From NCBI RefSeq assembly GCF_026571515.1, contig NW_026854344.1, forward strand, positions 310,001 to 374,000: a stretch of DNA of 64,000 nt, read 5' to 3'. Source of the DNA: Ruditapes philippinarum. Taxonomy: Eukaryota. A program made the position numbers and the translations under genes. The notes below the pieces were generated by a model. It did no database searches and was not told the origin of the DNA. It saw only the letters and a list, made by a program, of their open reading frames with translations. Positions 52,560-64,000 of this stretch are shown in pieces; position 1 is the stretch's first letter, and the number at the start of each line of letters is the position of its first letter.

Positions 52560-52712
52560 TAGCTAGCTTACAGAATGTCGGTGGTTCTACTCGGGTGGCA
52601 CCCTCGTGCCCGAAATAATGAATGGAGGGAGGTGCACATGTGGTCTTTCTCCACCAGTAAAGCTGGAAAGTTGGCATGTGTCAGTGTGACATAAAGACTC
52701 ATCCAAACACCC
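52560..52712 (+). mobile_element. SINE family A fragment (others at ~23115-23310 on - and ~24860-24940 on +)
   Basis: agctagcttac..gtcggtggttctact...gaaataatg...ccaccagtaaagctggaaag. Confidence 0.8.
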
Positions 52713-55243
52713 CAAAAAGTAACATTTTGATATAGAATTTACATATACAAGTGGTATAGATAAATATTATGTATATAGATAATGCGGAACTCGGCAAATG
52801 TTGCTTTTTCCCTTATAGTCCTGGGGTAAAAAAAAAACATTTACCATTAGAGCTTGGTTAATATATTTATATTAAGAGCAATATGTTGATCACCCTATTG
52901 TGAACAGTAGTGCACCATGATGCTGTAATGGTTAAAAGCTTGTTTGTACCCAGAGATTAGATGGGGGAAACCCCACTTCAACTGAGTTCAGGATAACATC
53001 TATTGACAATCTATGACAAATTGTATGAACTTTCATTCATACTTATTTTCAAAACATAATTATATTCACAGTATATATTACCACATGTATACTATTGCAC
53101 ATTAAGTGAAGTTGTTGGCACTGAATGATTCAGACTGGAGCGGAAATGAAACACATGTTGATTTCATATCAGTTAAATCTTTTCTATTTTGGGTTGTGTA
53201 GAAATCATTTATTAGAAATTAAAGCATAAAATTTTTATGGTCTTTGATTGTGCCAGAATTATACCTAGCTCAGAAGAAATTATTTGGTTATGCTTATATC
53301 AGCAGATCTGACAGATCAAAAAATGATTGGTCTTACAGTCATTTGGTGCATAGTCATAATCACCATTTCGTTTCCTTTCAATAAATGTAGATGCTTGTGT
53401 CTGTAAACGTTGTATAGCACAAAGGTCGAGGTTAAAATGAGTTTGTGACACTGTATCAGTTGTTTAATAATAAATAAATATCTTTATAGGATGACCTTTT
53501 GGTTTGGGTAACACTAAATAGGTCAAAGGTCAAGGACACATTAATGCTGACATTTCAAACTGCATCTTTTCAGTACCTGCCAAACTCCATAGTCTGAAAG
53601 TAGAAATGCTTAATAAATGAGCAAGTAATTTGGCCATGTGGTGCCCTAAATCATTGTTATTATGAAGAGAGCCTGTTATCACTAAAAAACTCATTCCATT
53701 TTATGGGTCCAAATAAGGTCAAGGTCAATATAAGATCAAAGTCCTTAGAATACAAAGATTTAAGATTGATTTTGCTGAATCAATTGATGGAGAAAGGTAA
53801 AAGTTCTTTAAGTTTAAAGCCAGTTTCTATTCTCTATGTCATGTGATCACCGATGGTCCTAATATTGTCCAAGCTTTCATTTGTCTAAGCTCATCTTAAC
53901 TTGTCTGAAAACTATGTAAGACTAAAGTCACTTTCTAATTTCTTGAAAGCTGTGTAGGGTGTGTATGGAATAAAACTTGTCAAGAACTTGCTCTTTGAAT
54001 GAAGGGTCAATAAGTCTCTATCTCAAAATGTTAAGGTGATCTTTAAAGGTCATGTGTCAGATACAGGTAAATATATAGCTTTTGGATATCATTTTCCTTT
54101 ACCTAGAACACACATATCATCTTCCCTGGTTATGATCGCTTTCTCTTGTTTTAATAATATTTCAGTAGTACTTTAACAAAATCTAAATGTCTATAAGAAT
54201 ATGCCAGTATAGAACACAGTTTTTAACTTTCTTGATTTAAAAATAATTTGCTCTATGTGGCTGAGGGGTTGCTTTTACAGATTGAGGCCTCAGAATTTCA
54301 GCCACTGATTAACCCTGTGTGGTCATAAGAGGCCACTAAATGGGTTCCAATTATTCTAGTCTATGCATCTCTTAGCTCCAGCAGGTGAAGTGGTTTTGAC
54401 TCCTGGTGTTGCTTAAAGTTTTTAACACCCATTGTTACTCAAAATCATCTTTCCTGTTTTGATGACCAAAATTGTGTAGGTGCGCCATAAAACCAAACAA
54501 AAATAACAAAACAGAACAAAAAATTCTTTTATATACATGTTAATGAATAATTGTGTTAACTGAAAGTATTTTTACATTGAAGTAAACTATAAGAGAAAAA
54601 TGAAATGTAACCTGTGTTATGAAATACACAGAAAGAATACATTTGTTTAAATTAAACTCTCGTTAAACTGACAGTAAATAAACTGGTAAAATGAGAGCTA
54701 TATACAGGGGTCAATTAGAATGTAACTTATCCTATTTTGTTATTTAGTTTATTTGTTAGTGAATACGTCAGTTTAGTTTATGCAAAATAAATGTTTTTTA
54801 TATAAGTCTTATGGTGACCTGTAGACAGTAAATGTACATTAGGAGTGGGGATGGTGAGATAGAATTATGAAACTTCTTGAAATACTAGATGACAAAAAGT
54901 TCTGTTTTTGACCAATTAATAATGCTGAAATTGTCTAAGGTTATGCTGTTCATAACCTAACAATGAAGGTGAATTTTTCAATACCTTACATTATAGATGT
55001 ATTTTTCATGACCGAATTTTTCATGAAATTAAAATGATGGTAAATTTTACATGAGACTTTAAAGTAGATGAATTTTTCATGGCCTTATGATGAAGGTCCT
55101 ACCACATATGTTGTTGAATTTTACATGAGACTACAATATTGGTGAATCTTTCATGACATTACAATGTAGGTGAAGTTTTCAGGAAATTACAATGTAGGTA
55201 AATTTGAATGTATTAACAGTTTTGTTTTATTGACATATTACAG

Positions 55244-55331
55244 AGCCTCTGGTGATACAGATTACACTGCAACAGACGACTATAGTTCTCGTCGTAACAG
55301 ACGTCGTGGCACAGACGACGACACTTCAGAG
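55244..55331 (+). CDS. Host gene coding exon 4 (88 nt, phase 2-0): (R)ASGDTDYTATDDYSSRRNRRRGTDDDTSE
   Basis: ttacag acceptor and GAG|GTAATA donor; lies within ORF 55170-55415. Confidence 0.85.
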
Positions 55332-55907
55332 GTAATATTTTATTGTATTATTTCTGTATATTACATGATTGTTTCGTTTCAAAGTCACACAAATATACAA
55401 AATACCCGTCAATGAAGAACCAGGAGCTGAAGTAGAAACCAAGTAGATCATAAGGTTTGAGCATTGTATTTGACACAGTTATAGATACTGTGTTGATACT
55501 CTGGGTTGCATTTCATTCTAAAATATGTCTTAAGACCAAAAGTTGAAAACTGAGATAATTTTAATTTCAATGAAAATGTTTATTACTTATGACTCTTATG
55601 TTAAGACTCAATTTCTGAATAGTACATGCATGTAGATGAACATTTACACATTGCAGACTGAAGCTTGTGCCATTGTATTTTGTCAGTTTTCACAGCATAA
55701 TGAATTAGATAAAAGTCTAAAACATTTACTAAAGATGATGATATTTATTAAAACAGTCCCACATGTAAGTCAGTCCTATAGTTTGTCATAAGTCTTAGGA
55801 ATTAGGATACACTCAGGACTTTCTCTGAAACGCAGCCCTGAACTCAGCATGATGGTGTTCTAATGAAAACTTCAGGATGAGCTATTATTGTAGGAATATA
55901 CAGTAAA

Positions 55908-57291
55908 TTATTATACCCCCAAAAACGAAGTTTGGGGGGGTATATAGGAGTCACCCGGTGGTCGGTCGGTCGGGCGGTCGGTCGGTCGGTCCAGACGTCC
56001 GTTGCATTTTCCTTGTCCGGAGCATAACTTGAAAACTAATGATTGGAATTCAATATAACTACACACAATGGTCTAGCACATTGAGAGGAAGTGCAGTGCA
56101 CAAGAACCATAACTCTATCTAAAGTAATTACAGAGTTATTGCCCTTTGTTACTTTTCCATTCCTTTCTTTTGTCCGGAGCATAACTTGAAGACTAATGGT
56201 TGGAATTCAATATAACTACATACAATGGTCAAGCACATTGAGAGGAAGTGCAGTGCACAAGAACCATAACTCTATCTTGACTAATTACAGAGTTATTGCC
56301 CTTTGTTTATTTTCCTTGTCCGGGGCATAACTTGAAAACTACTGGATGGAATTCAAAACAACTTCATACAATTGTCAAACACAATAAGGGGAAGTGCAGT
56401 GCACAAGAACTATAACTCTATTTAAAGTAATTACAGAGTTATTGCCCTTTGTTACTTTTCCATTCCTTTCTTTTGTCCGGACCATAGCTTGAAGACTAAT
56501 TGTTGGAATTCATTATAACTTAATACAATTGTCAAGCACATTGAGAGGAAGTGCAGTGCACAAGAACCATAACTCCATCTTGACTTATTACAGAGTTACT
56601 GCCCTTTGTTACTTTTCCTTGTCCAGAGCATGACTTGAAAACTACTGGTTGGAATTCAAAACAACTTCATACAATGGTCAAGCACAATAAGGGGAAGTGC
56701 AGTGCACAAGAACTATAACTCCATCTTGACTAATTACAGAGTTATTGCCCTTTGTTACTTTTCCATTGCTTTTTTTGTCCGGAGCATAACTTGAAAACTA
56801 ATAGTTGGAATTCAATATAACTTCATACAATTGTCAAGCACATTGAGAGGAAGTGCAGTGCACAAGAACCATAACTCGATTTTGACAAAATACAGAGTTA
56901 CTGCCCTTTGATACTTTTCATTGTCCGGAGCATAACTTAAAACATACTGGTTGGAATTCAAAACAACTTCATACAATGGTCAAGCACAATAAGAGGAAGT
57001 GCAGTGCACAAGAACTTTAACTCCATCTTCAGTATTTATAGAGTTATTTATTGCCCTTTGTTTCTTTTGCTTGTCTTTCTGGACTTATTACAGAGTAATT
57101 CAATAAAACTTCATCAATGGCCAACTACATTGGAAGGAAATGCAACATACAAGAACCACAACTATCTTTTATTGCCCACAACCATAACTCTATATTTTAA
57201 TTCTTTTACAAGGTATTCTGTTACTAGTAACATCCTCATTTCTGAAGCAGTCTTGTGGGGGTATTAATCACATTTAGTGATAGTTCTAGTT
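55908..57291 (+). mobile_element. Helentron-associated non-autonomous element (HINE / DINE-1 / pearl-like) with an internal tandem array
   Basis: 5' subTIR ttataccccc with hairpin, (GGTC)n microsatellite, 7 core repeats of 146-157 bp, 3' subTIR gggggtatta, palindrome tcac..gtga, ctagtt end in a T-rich site. Confidence 0.88.
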
Positions 57292-59853
57292 TGATTGGTT
57301 ATGTTTTTGTTTCAGCAATTATCTACAGTTTTCTTTAAAATTTGGTTAATTTTGGCTTCATCTTTTAGGCTATTACTTTTGATTTATTCACTCACACCTG
57401 GGTAAATGGGTCCAGGTCCTCTCAAAAAATTTTAATGTAAATTTTTAGAGATGTGAAATTTGGTAAACTGAGGATGAAAAACAGCCAAATATGATTCTTT
57501 AAAGCATTATTTTGGAGAAAAATGCATTTTACATTGTCTGTACGATATCACAATTAAATATATGTTTGAAAGAAAGAAATTTAAAATGAATAATAAATTA
57601 GTCTTTATCCTAAGTAATAAAATTAACATGTTAATTATCAAATATGCACAATCATGTGTTTTTATACAATATTAATTGAGTTTTTTAAAAAAAAGGTTTT
57701 ATAAATTATGTATGAATAAAATAGGAATCTTGAAGCCACAGGTTATAACTGTATATGATATATAATTTTTATATGATACTTTTAACGAAGATAATTGAAT
57801 GATTAAAAAAGTTGAAAGTCATTAGAATTTAACTAAAAAACCTGTCAAATAATGTTTTACAGTAATTTCTTAAAAAAAATATTCAAATAAAGAATCAATT
57901 CTTGGGGGGTAAAAGTAAAGATAATTTTGCCGTTTTGCTAAATCAGCAAAATTAACAAAGTTAAAAGATGGCAATTTGACAGTAACGCTATTTGTTGGCT
58001 GTGTATTGGCATGGTAGACAATCTGTTCTCAATACATATATATGATATGATATGTGCCAACATTTTGCTTTCATTTTCTGGCACAGGTAGTGTGTAAATA
58101 CAAGTTTTTTCCGTCTCCTTTTCAAGTTTTAGTTTAAATTCTGTAATAATAAGATGAGAATAATGTTTGTTGTTAGGAACTTAAAGACATTATTGTTCAG
58201 TCTGCACTCATCTAACAGATATAAGCAATTGATAGTCTGCAAAAGATAGTCCTGGTCACACTTAAGGATTGCTTTGGTCATGATGAGTGAGTGAAAAATA
58301 AGATGAAAAGACAAAAAATAACCAGAAGAATTTTCAATCCGTCCTACTCAGAGTTGGACCTAAATTCTTAATTTTTAGTTATGAATGTATTGTTATTGGC
58401 ACATGATTTTTAATTAAGCATCTTGTGACCAAGTTATGTAGCTCTGACTTATTATTAAACACCCCATGCCGGCACTGTCAAAGACTGATGGATATAGATT
58501 TGGTATTGTAGGTTTAAAAAAATCTGATAAAAAAAATTTAAAAGCAAAATTAAATTTTCTCTTTATATAATTATGTAAATATATGAAATACTTAAATTAA
58601 AGAAGAAAAAAAATCAGTAAAAGCAGAATAAAAAAATGAAAATCTCTTTTCACAATTGAATTGAGATTTTATATTGGGTGTACTTCATAATATGATATGA
58701 TATTGCACACTTACTCCCACCATAAATTGACTGGAGGTCCTAGGTTTCAAGAAGTTCTCTTTACATTCCCCAGCCTTCTGTTTTCCTTTTATTTACATTA
58801 CATGACATTTTTGTAATTGCTTCTATTTGAGAAATGTTTGATGTTAATGATTTTTCAACCGTCAACAAATAGTCTGTAAAGTTTCTAGCTAATGGGCAAA
58901 AATAATGGCAGACTGATAGTGCTACTCAATAAAAGTCATTGCAAAACATCTTCTCAGAGGTTTTCAGTTTTTCCGCAATTCTGCAAAAAAATTAGCTAAC
59001 TTCCTCTGCATATAATTGAAGAAATATACATTTTGTAAGTAATGGAAATTACAGACGGTTATTTGGAACGATGTTACCTAGGAAGCAGGTATTATATTTA
59101 TGATAACTGAGTGCAAACGCAGCAGTGGCTGGAAATCTTCAGTGATATTTTAATGTTTTCTCCCTAAATAAATGTATAAAGTTAAAGAAATAGCGTGGGT
59201 GAACTGTTGGCTCTTTATTTCAATTAATTTTATGTGTAAGAAATGTTCAAAGTAATTAGAATGTTTGTATAGAAAGTTTATAGGTATAACAGAAGGTTCT
59301 GGCAACACTTTGAAATGGTTTCTAGGGAACGTTTTTTTTTTTATAGGTATTTGTTGAATAAACAGACAAACCCATTCGGCAAATTGAATTACACAAATTC
59401 CTACAGATATGTGTTGCTTATTAAGACTGATTACTTGACATTTTGTCTTAATGTTATATGAAACAAATCTTTATTGTTTGATAAATGTATGACAGAATTC
59501 ATATTGGTATCTTTATTATGCTGCTATTCATATCCTTTATAAATAATACTTTTCTACTTTATTATATGTCTGCATTGATTGATAATCAGTGGACATCATA
59601 ATATATTTACTTTTCATTGGTCAATTTATTTCTTGGTTTGTCACTCTGACCTTGGTAATTATACTCACAAGTTAGAATCATCTTACTTAAACACATGACT
59701 GCTTTATTAAAGATGATTATTGAAATATGACGTTGTGACCTTATTGACCTTGAGTCCTTGACCTTCAAGGTCAAATTTGCTTGATTCTGGTAATACTGTC
59801 ATGATAGACATGAACAATATAAAATCTTTGGTTTAAATTTTATTTCCACACAG

Positions 59854-59907
59854 GATACATTTAGTTATAGTAGTTATCGTTCAAGGAGAGAAAGAAACTA
59901 CGAGGAG
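59854..59907 (+). CDS. Host gene coding exon 5 (54 nt, phase 0-0): DTFSYSSYRSRRERNYEE; gene continues beyond the window
   Basis: ttttatttccacacag acceptor and GAG|GTAACC donor; in frame with exon 4. Confidence 0.82.
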
Positions 59908-60615
59908 GTAACCATAACAACTGTATACATGTTATCTGTATTTCACTATTTTATAATATATATTGTTATAATCTTTATTATTATTGTATATAAATTCACA
60001 ATACCAAGCTTTTTATAACTATAGCACTGCAGCAAAGGTTTAACTATAGCAACTGTACCTGATGTGTATGTCAAGGTCACATACCAAATAGATACATTTA
60101 GTATTATCATTTAAGATTGGTTAGATTTCATTTTATGATTTATAGTAAGATAGAATATGAGATAAATTAATCATTTACTCAAAAGACTAACTTAAAAAGA
60201 TGAAACTGGACCTTACTATAACAAAACTATTGCTATAGTTACCTTTGTAAACAAATATTTGTTCATGAATTGTCAAATTAAATTCTGATGGTGTATGCAT
60301 TTTGCTTCACAATGCTAAACCAAAAGTTGATTGCTTTTAACTAGATGTGTATGGTATTCAGTGGTTTATGCTGGTTGTTATGTGAACAACATGGATTAAT
60401 ACGATTGGAAGTTAATAAAAAAATGAATCTATTAGAACAACTCTTTAAAAATCACTACTCAGAATTATTTTTGGAATTCACATATACTTTTGTGTTTTAA
60501 GGTTGTTTTACCTCATAATAATTCACCTGTACGTACTTTGAATTATATAAACCCTATTCCACAGGTAAAATTCCAGTTACAACAAAGATTTTATGTAAAT
60601 TAAATGCAGAATTAA

Positions 60616-60808
60616 CCTTTAACCTGTTGGGACTGAAATTGATTAGCCTTTGCCACCAGTATAGAGCTGCCAAGCCAGTCTGAACTTTTGTGCAATCTGG
60701 CTGGGCTTTATTTTTAAATTTTCATCTTAATATCCCTAAAATTGGTAATAGACTATCCCAAAAATGAAAGCTGGACAAGTCCATTTAAGAAATTCAGAAG
60801 GTTAAGGG
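60616..60808. mobile_element. TTAA/CC(C/T)TT-terminated MITE (piggyBac-like); relatives at ~63392-63566 and ~41572-41756
   Basis: ttaa|cctttaacct ... aggttaaggg|ttag; body gattagcctttgccaccagtatagagc shared with the 63392 copy. Confidence 0.7.
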
Positions 60809-61184
60809 TTAGACATGCATTGGCAGTTCAGAATATCAGTGGTACTTGATAACTGCTGTCATTTTAGTGGGAAAGGTGCAACATAGCATTAATCAAAAGG
60901 AGGCTGAATAAATGTACATGTATAAAGATGATGTAGACAGACATATTGTAATAGTATATATAACAGCTGGATATAATGTTTATCTGTGAGCATATCATCT
61001 CCATGCAGGCCCTCTCTGATGTTCCTATACTCTGCCAGAATTCAACACAATAATATATAATTATATAGGCTAAATGTATATAAATATTAGTTCTTGTTTT
61101 CTACATCCTAACAGTACACTGTACGCCTTCTTAATGAAGTGCTTTTGTTTTATTAAGAATGTTCATAAAAAAAAGTTATTTTTG

Positions 61185-61460
61185 ATTCATTTAAGATTTG
61201 GACCATCAGTGCCTTCAGGGGTCACAGAGAACATAAAATTCTGCTATTCCCCAAGAAGAACTTTAATAATTCATTTCATATTTTGGCCATCAGGGGGTGA
61301 GAGCATAAAATTTCAGTATTCTCCAAGAAGTACTTTTGTGATTAATTTAAGAATTTGGTCATCAGGGGGTAAGAACATAAAATTATGGTATTTCCCAAGA
61401 AGTACTTTATGGTTCATTTAAGATTTTGGGCATCAGATGGCGAGAATATAAAATTCTGAA
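61185..61460. repeat. ~72-bp tandem repeat, 4 copies
   Basis: attcatttaaga..catcagggg..gaacataaaatt..ccaagaag recurring. Confidence 0.8.
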
Positions 61461-62520
61461 GGACTATGTTGTTTTAATCTGCCTGAAAACTACCATACCA
61501 TCTTATCAGGGAAATAAATCTGATCTAATGTTTACTATTAATGTGTTCATTTATTTGAATTTAAGCTAGAAAACAAGTCAGAAATCAAACAGTGGGAGTT
61601 GTATTATAAACTGTGTTATATCCTGGAATTAGATTTTATCCTTAACAACAAGCTATATATTGTGGAAAAAAGGTCTGATTAAAGAATTGGAGTGACCTTT
61701 TAAATGCTATAGCCAAAAGTGAATAGTTAAACATTTAAGTCAACTGCAAATTCTGAAATTCCCTTGCTATTGTGCTGAACAACCTTCTTCAGTTGCTTTA
61801 TAAATTGTTAAAGGGCAGTCTAATCAGACGGCAGTCTAATCAGACTGTTTGGTGCATTTTGGTTCTAAACTTAAGGACTATCCTAAATTCAAAGCAGCCC
61901 AAGCTGGTAATTAAAATCAGGAATAAAATTATTAAAGCTTTCCCTACTGGAACCAAAATTGTTAAGCCTTTGCCACCAGAATAGAGCCTAGCTTTTCTGT
62001 GGCATGAGCAGTACCTGTGCTTTGTGCTTCAAGGAAATATTCACTAGCATAGTGTGTACCTTCAAAGAAATCTTTGTGCAATCAAAATGTTTATCAACTT
62101 GAAATTCTTTTATAATTGTTAAAAAATGGAAAATGTTAATACTTAAAGTAGTATATTAATACATGTCAATACTTAAAGTGATGTGTTCAAATGTTAATAT
62201 TTACTTCCTGTTATACATGTATGTTTATGTGCTAATGTGTTTAATATGTAATTGCTCTATGAAATGTAATTATATGTTAATACTTAAAGCAATGTGTTGA
62301 AATTTAAATACTAAAAGTTAAATACTTGAAATAATGTGTTCATGTGTAAATACTTAAAATAATGTGATAATATGTTAATACTTAAAGTATCAAAGTAATG
62401 TATTAATGCTTAAAGTAATGTCATTTTATGTTCATTCTTAAATTAATTTGTTTAGTTGTTACAACTAAATTATGTGTTCATATGATAATACTTAAAGTAA
62501 GTTTATATGCTAGTGCTTAA

Positions 62521-62866
62521 AGCAGCACGCCTCCAGATTCCTGCTAATGTTCATGAAAATTTTGAAAATGTATTCAAAAGTGAAATATTGTTAAGCTGAC
62601 AGAGAAAATAATATGCACATTTCAAACGGCACTTACAACCAATGTAAATTACAAAAAAGAAATCAAAATATGCAAAATTAACACTTACTGCGTTAGTAAC
62701 GCAGTAGAAATATGGTGAAATTTACTGAAAAATTGGCCATCAGTCGCAAATAACATGGAAATTATTACTTTTATCTTTAGTCTTTTTACTTTTCATAAAA
62801 CCTCAATACATTTTTCTCAAGTTTTATTTTCTTGAAATATTTTGGCTCATCTGGAGGCATGCAGCT
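62521..62866. mobile_element. TTAA-targeting MITE (Kolobok-like) inserted in an AT-rich ~28-bp minisatellite (62130-62990)
   Basis: TTAA|AGCAGCACGCCTCCAGAT ... ATCTGGAGGCATGCAGCT|TTAA. Confidence 0.88.
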
Positions 62867-64000
62867 TTAAAGCAATATTTTGATATGTTATAGTTAAAGT
62901 AATATGTTAATACTGAAAGTGACATACTAATACAAAATATGTTTTAATTCTTAAAGTAATATGTTGAGAATATTAATAATTTGTCTAAAATGTTAAGCAC
63001 ATTGAATGTGGGTAACTGTATACATGTTGGTACATGTATTTTAACCAAGTATTATCGTGTGCACTATAAGCTTGGCCTGAAGTTTGCATGCTCTATCTTA
63101 TATATACATGTGGAGTAGATCTGCTGACTTTGATTAGAACCATATTTCCTATGTAAATATACTGTTATCATGTCTTTCTGGAGCTCTCTATCTCTTTCTT
63201 ACTTTAGTAGCTTGTCAGACAGACCATACATTATATATTTAGCTTTCAATATAATGCATGTACATGTATATAATTAGTGTCCTTAGACTCCTTAAGAATT
63301 TAAAATCATATTTGACAAACATGAATCATATACAACTTCATGTGGAGACATTGCAACTTCTTTGTTTGTTAAAATGAAATTACTAGTCTTTAAACAGCTG
63401 GAACCGAAAGTGATTAGCCTTTGCCACCAGTATAGAGCCGCCAAGTCAGCCTGTATATGCTAGCAGTCTGACCAGGCTCTATACTGTTGGCGGACAAACT
63501 TGAAATTAACAGTCCCAATAATGGAAACTGGGCAAGTCAATTTAAGAAATTCTGCAGGTAAAGGGCTTAAGAACTTTCAGTTTAATTAAACTTTCGACAG
63601 ATAGTGTGTCACTTTAACTTGACTTTTATAATAATGTTTAAAATATCAACAAAACATGATAATGGTATATGTAAATCATTCTTCGATATTCTACTTTAAG
63701 CTGCATGTGTATATATATACATGTTAATTATCTTGAAGATCCCTTTAACAGGTGAAACCAGTAGATATTTTTCTTCAGCTATTATTAATAGTTTTGCTAA
63801 TAAATGATTATAACATAAATCAGAAAAGGCATTGCTTCAATTTGTTCCCGCTATTTTTATCTGTAGTGTTTAAAACTTTACATTTTGGATAAACATTGGA
63901 TATACATGTATATATATAAATACATGTAGCTGACTATAGTAAACAAGGTGATTATTTATAGGAAGACTAACTAGCAATTATTGTCAAAATGACATGAAGT

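Noticed and set aside
14868-61984. Remaining 60-120 aa ORFs in the track (e.g. 15852-16223, 43537-43803, 61074-61421)
   Set aside because: AT-rich intron or repeat translations with F/L/I/K bias, many with non-ATG starts and no recognisable motifs.
63749-63970. Possible sixth exon after ctttaacag (63751) or tttatag (63961)
   Set aside because: No convincing donor or R/E-rich frame; the second candidate reaches TAA after two codons.

Overview
AT-rich eukaryotic genomic DNA, most likely a bivalve mollusc (inferred from the SINE, MITE and Helentron-type repeat content, not from a search). No prokaryotic features are present. Three layers are visible. (1) A + strand host gene with tiny exons and multi-kb introns. 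Five phase-consistent coding exons (37279-59907) give MSSMSLEERRAERRRRRQMEEENNYGGTKSADEIHASVQERLARRRKERDERMANIAASVATVNGEDDLERRRRERREQRLRASGDTDYTATDDYSSRRNRRRGTDDDTSEDTFSYSSYRSRRERNYEE..., an R/E-rich, caldesmon-like N-terminus. It includes a GC-AG intron, has candidate upstream exons at 1835 and 10931, and continues past the window. (2) A Ngaro/DIRS-class tyrosine-recombinase retrotransposon (gag with Zn finger, RT/RNase H, YR, SGNH hydrolase). It sits inside a 6.5-kb CAGGG-TIR DNA-transposon shell with an imperfect 5-bp TSD, and carries phase-matched splice signals that would fuse Gag to the SGNH hydrolase. (3) A dense set of MITEs, tRNA-derived SINEs, a Helentron-type non-autonomous element and about ten unrelated minisatellites. 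One palindromic element folds into a hairpin with three tandem G.A/A.G mismatches. Most of the short ORFs in the supplied track, including the long ORFs inside the satellites, are not genes.
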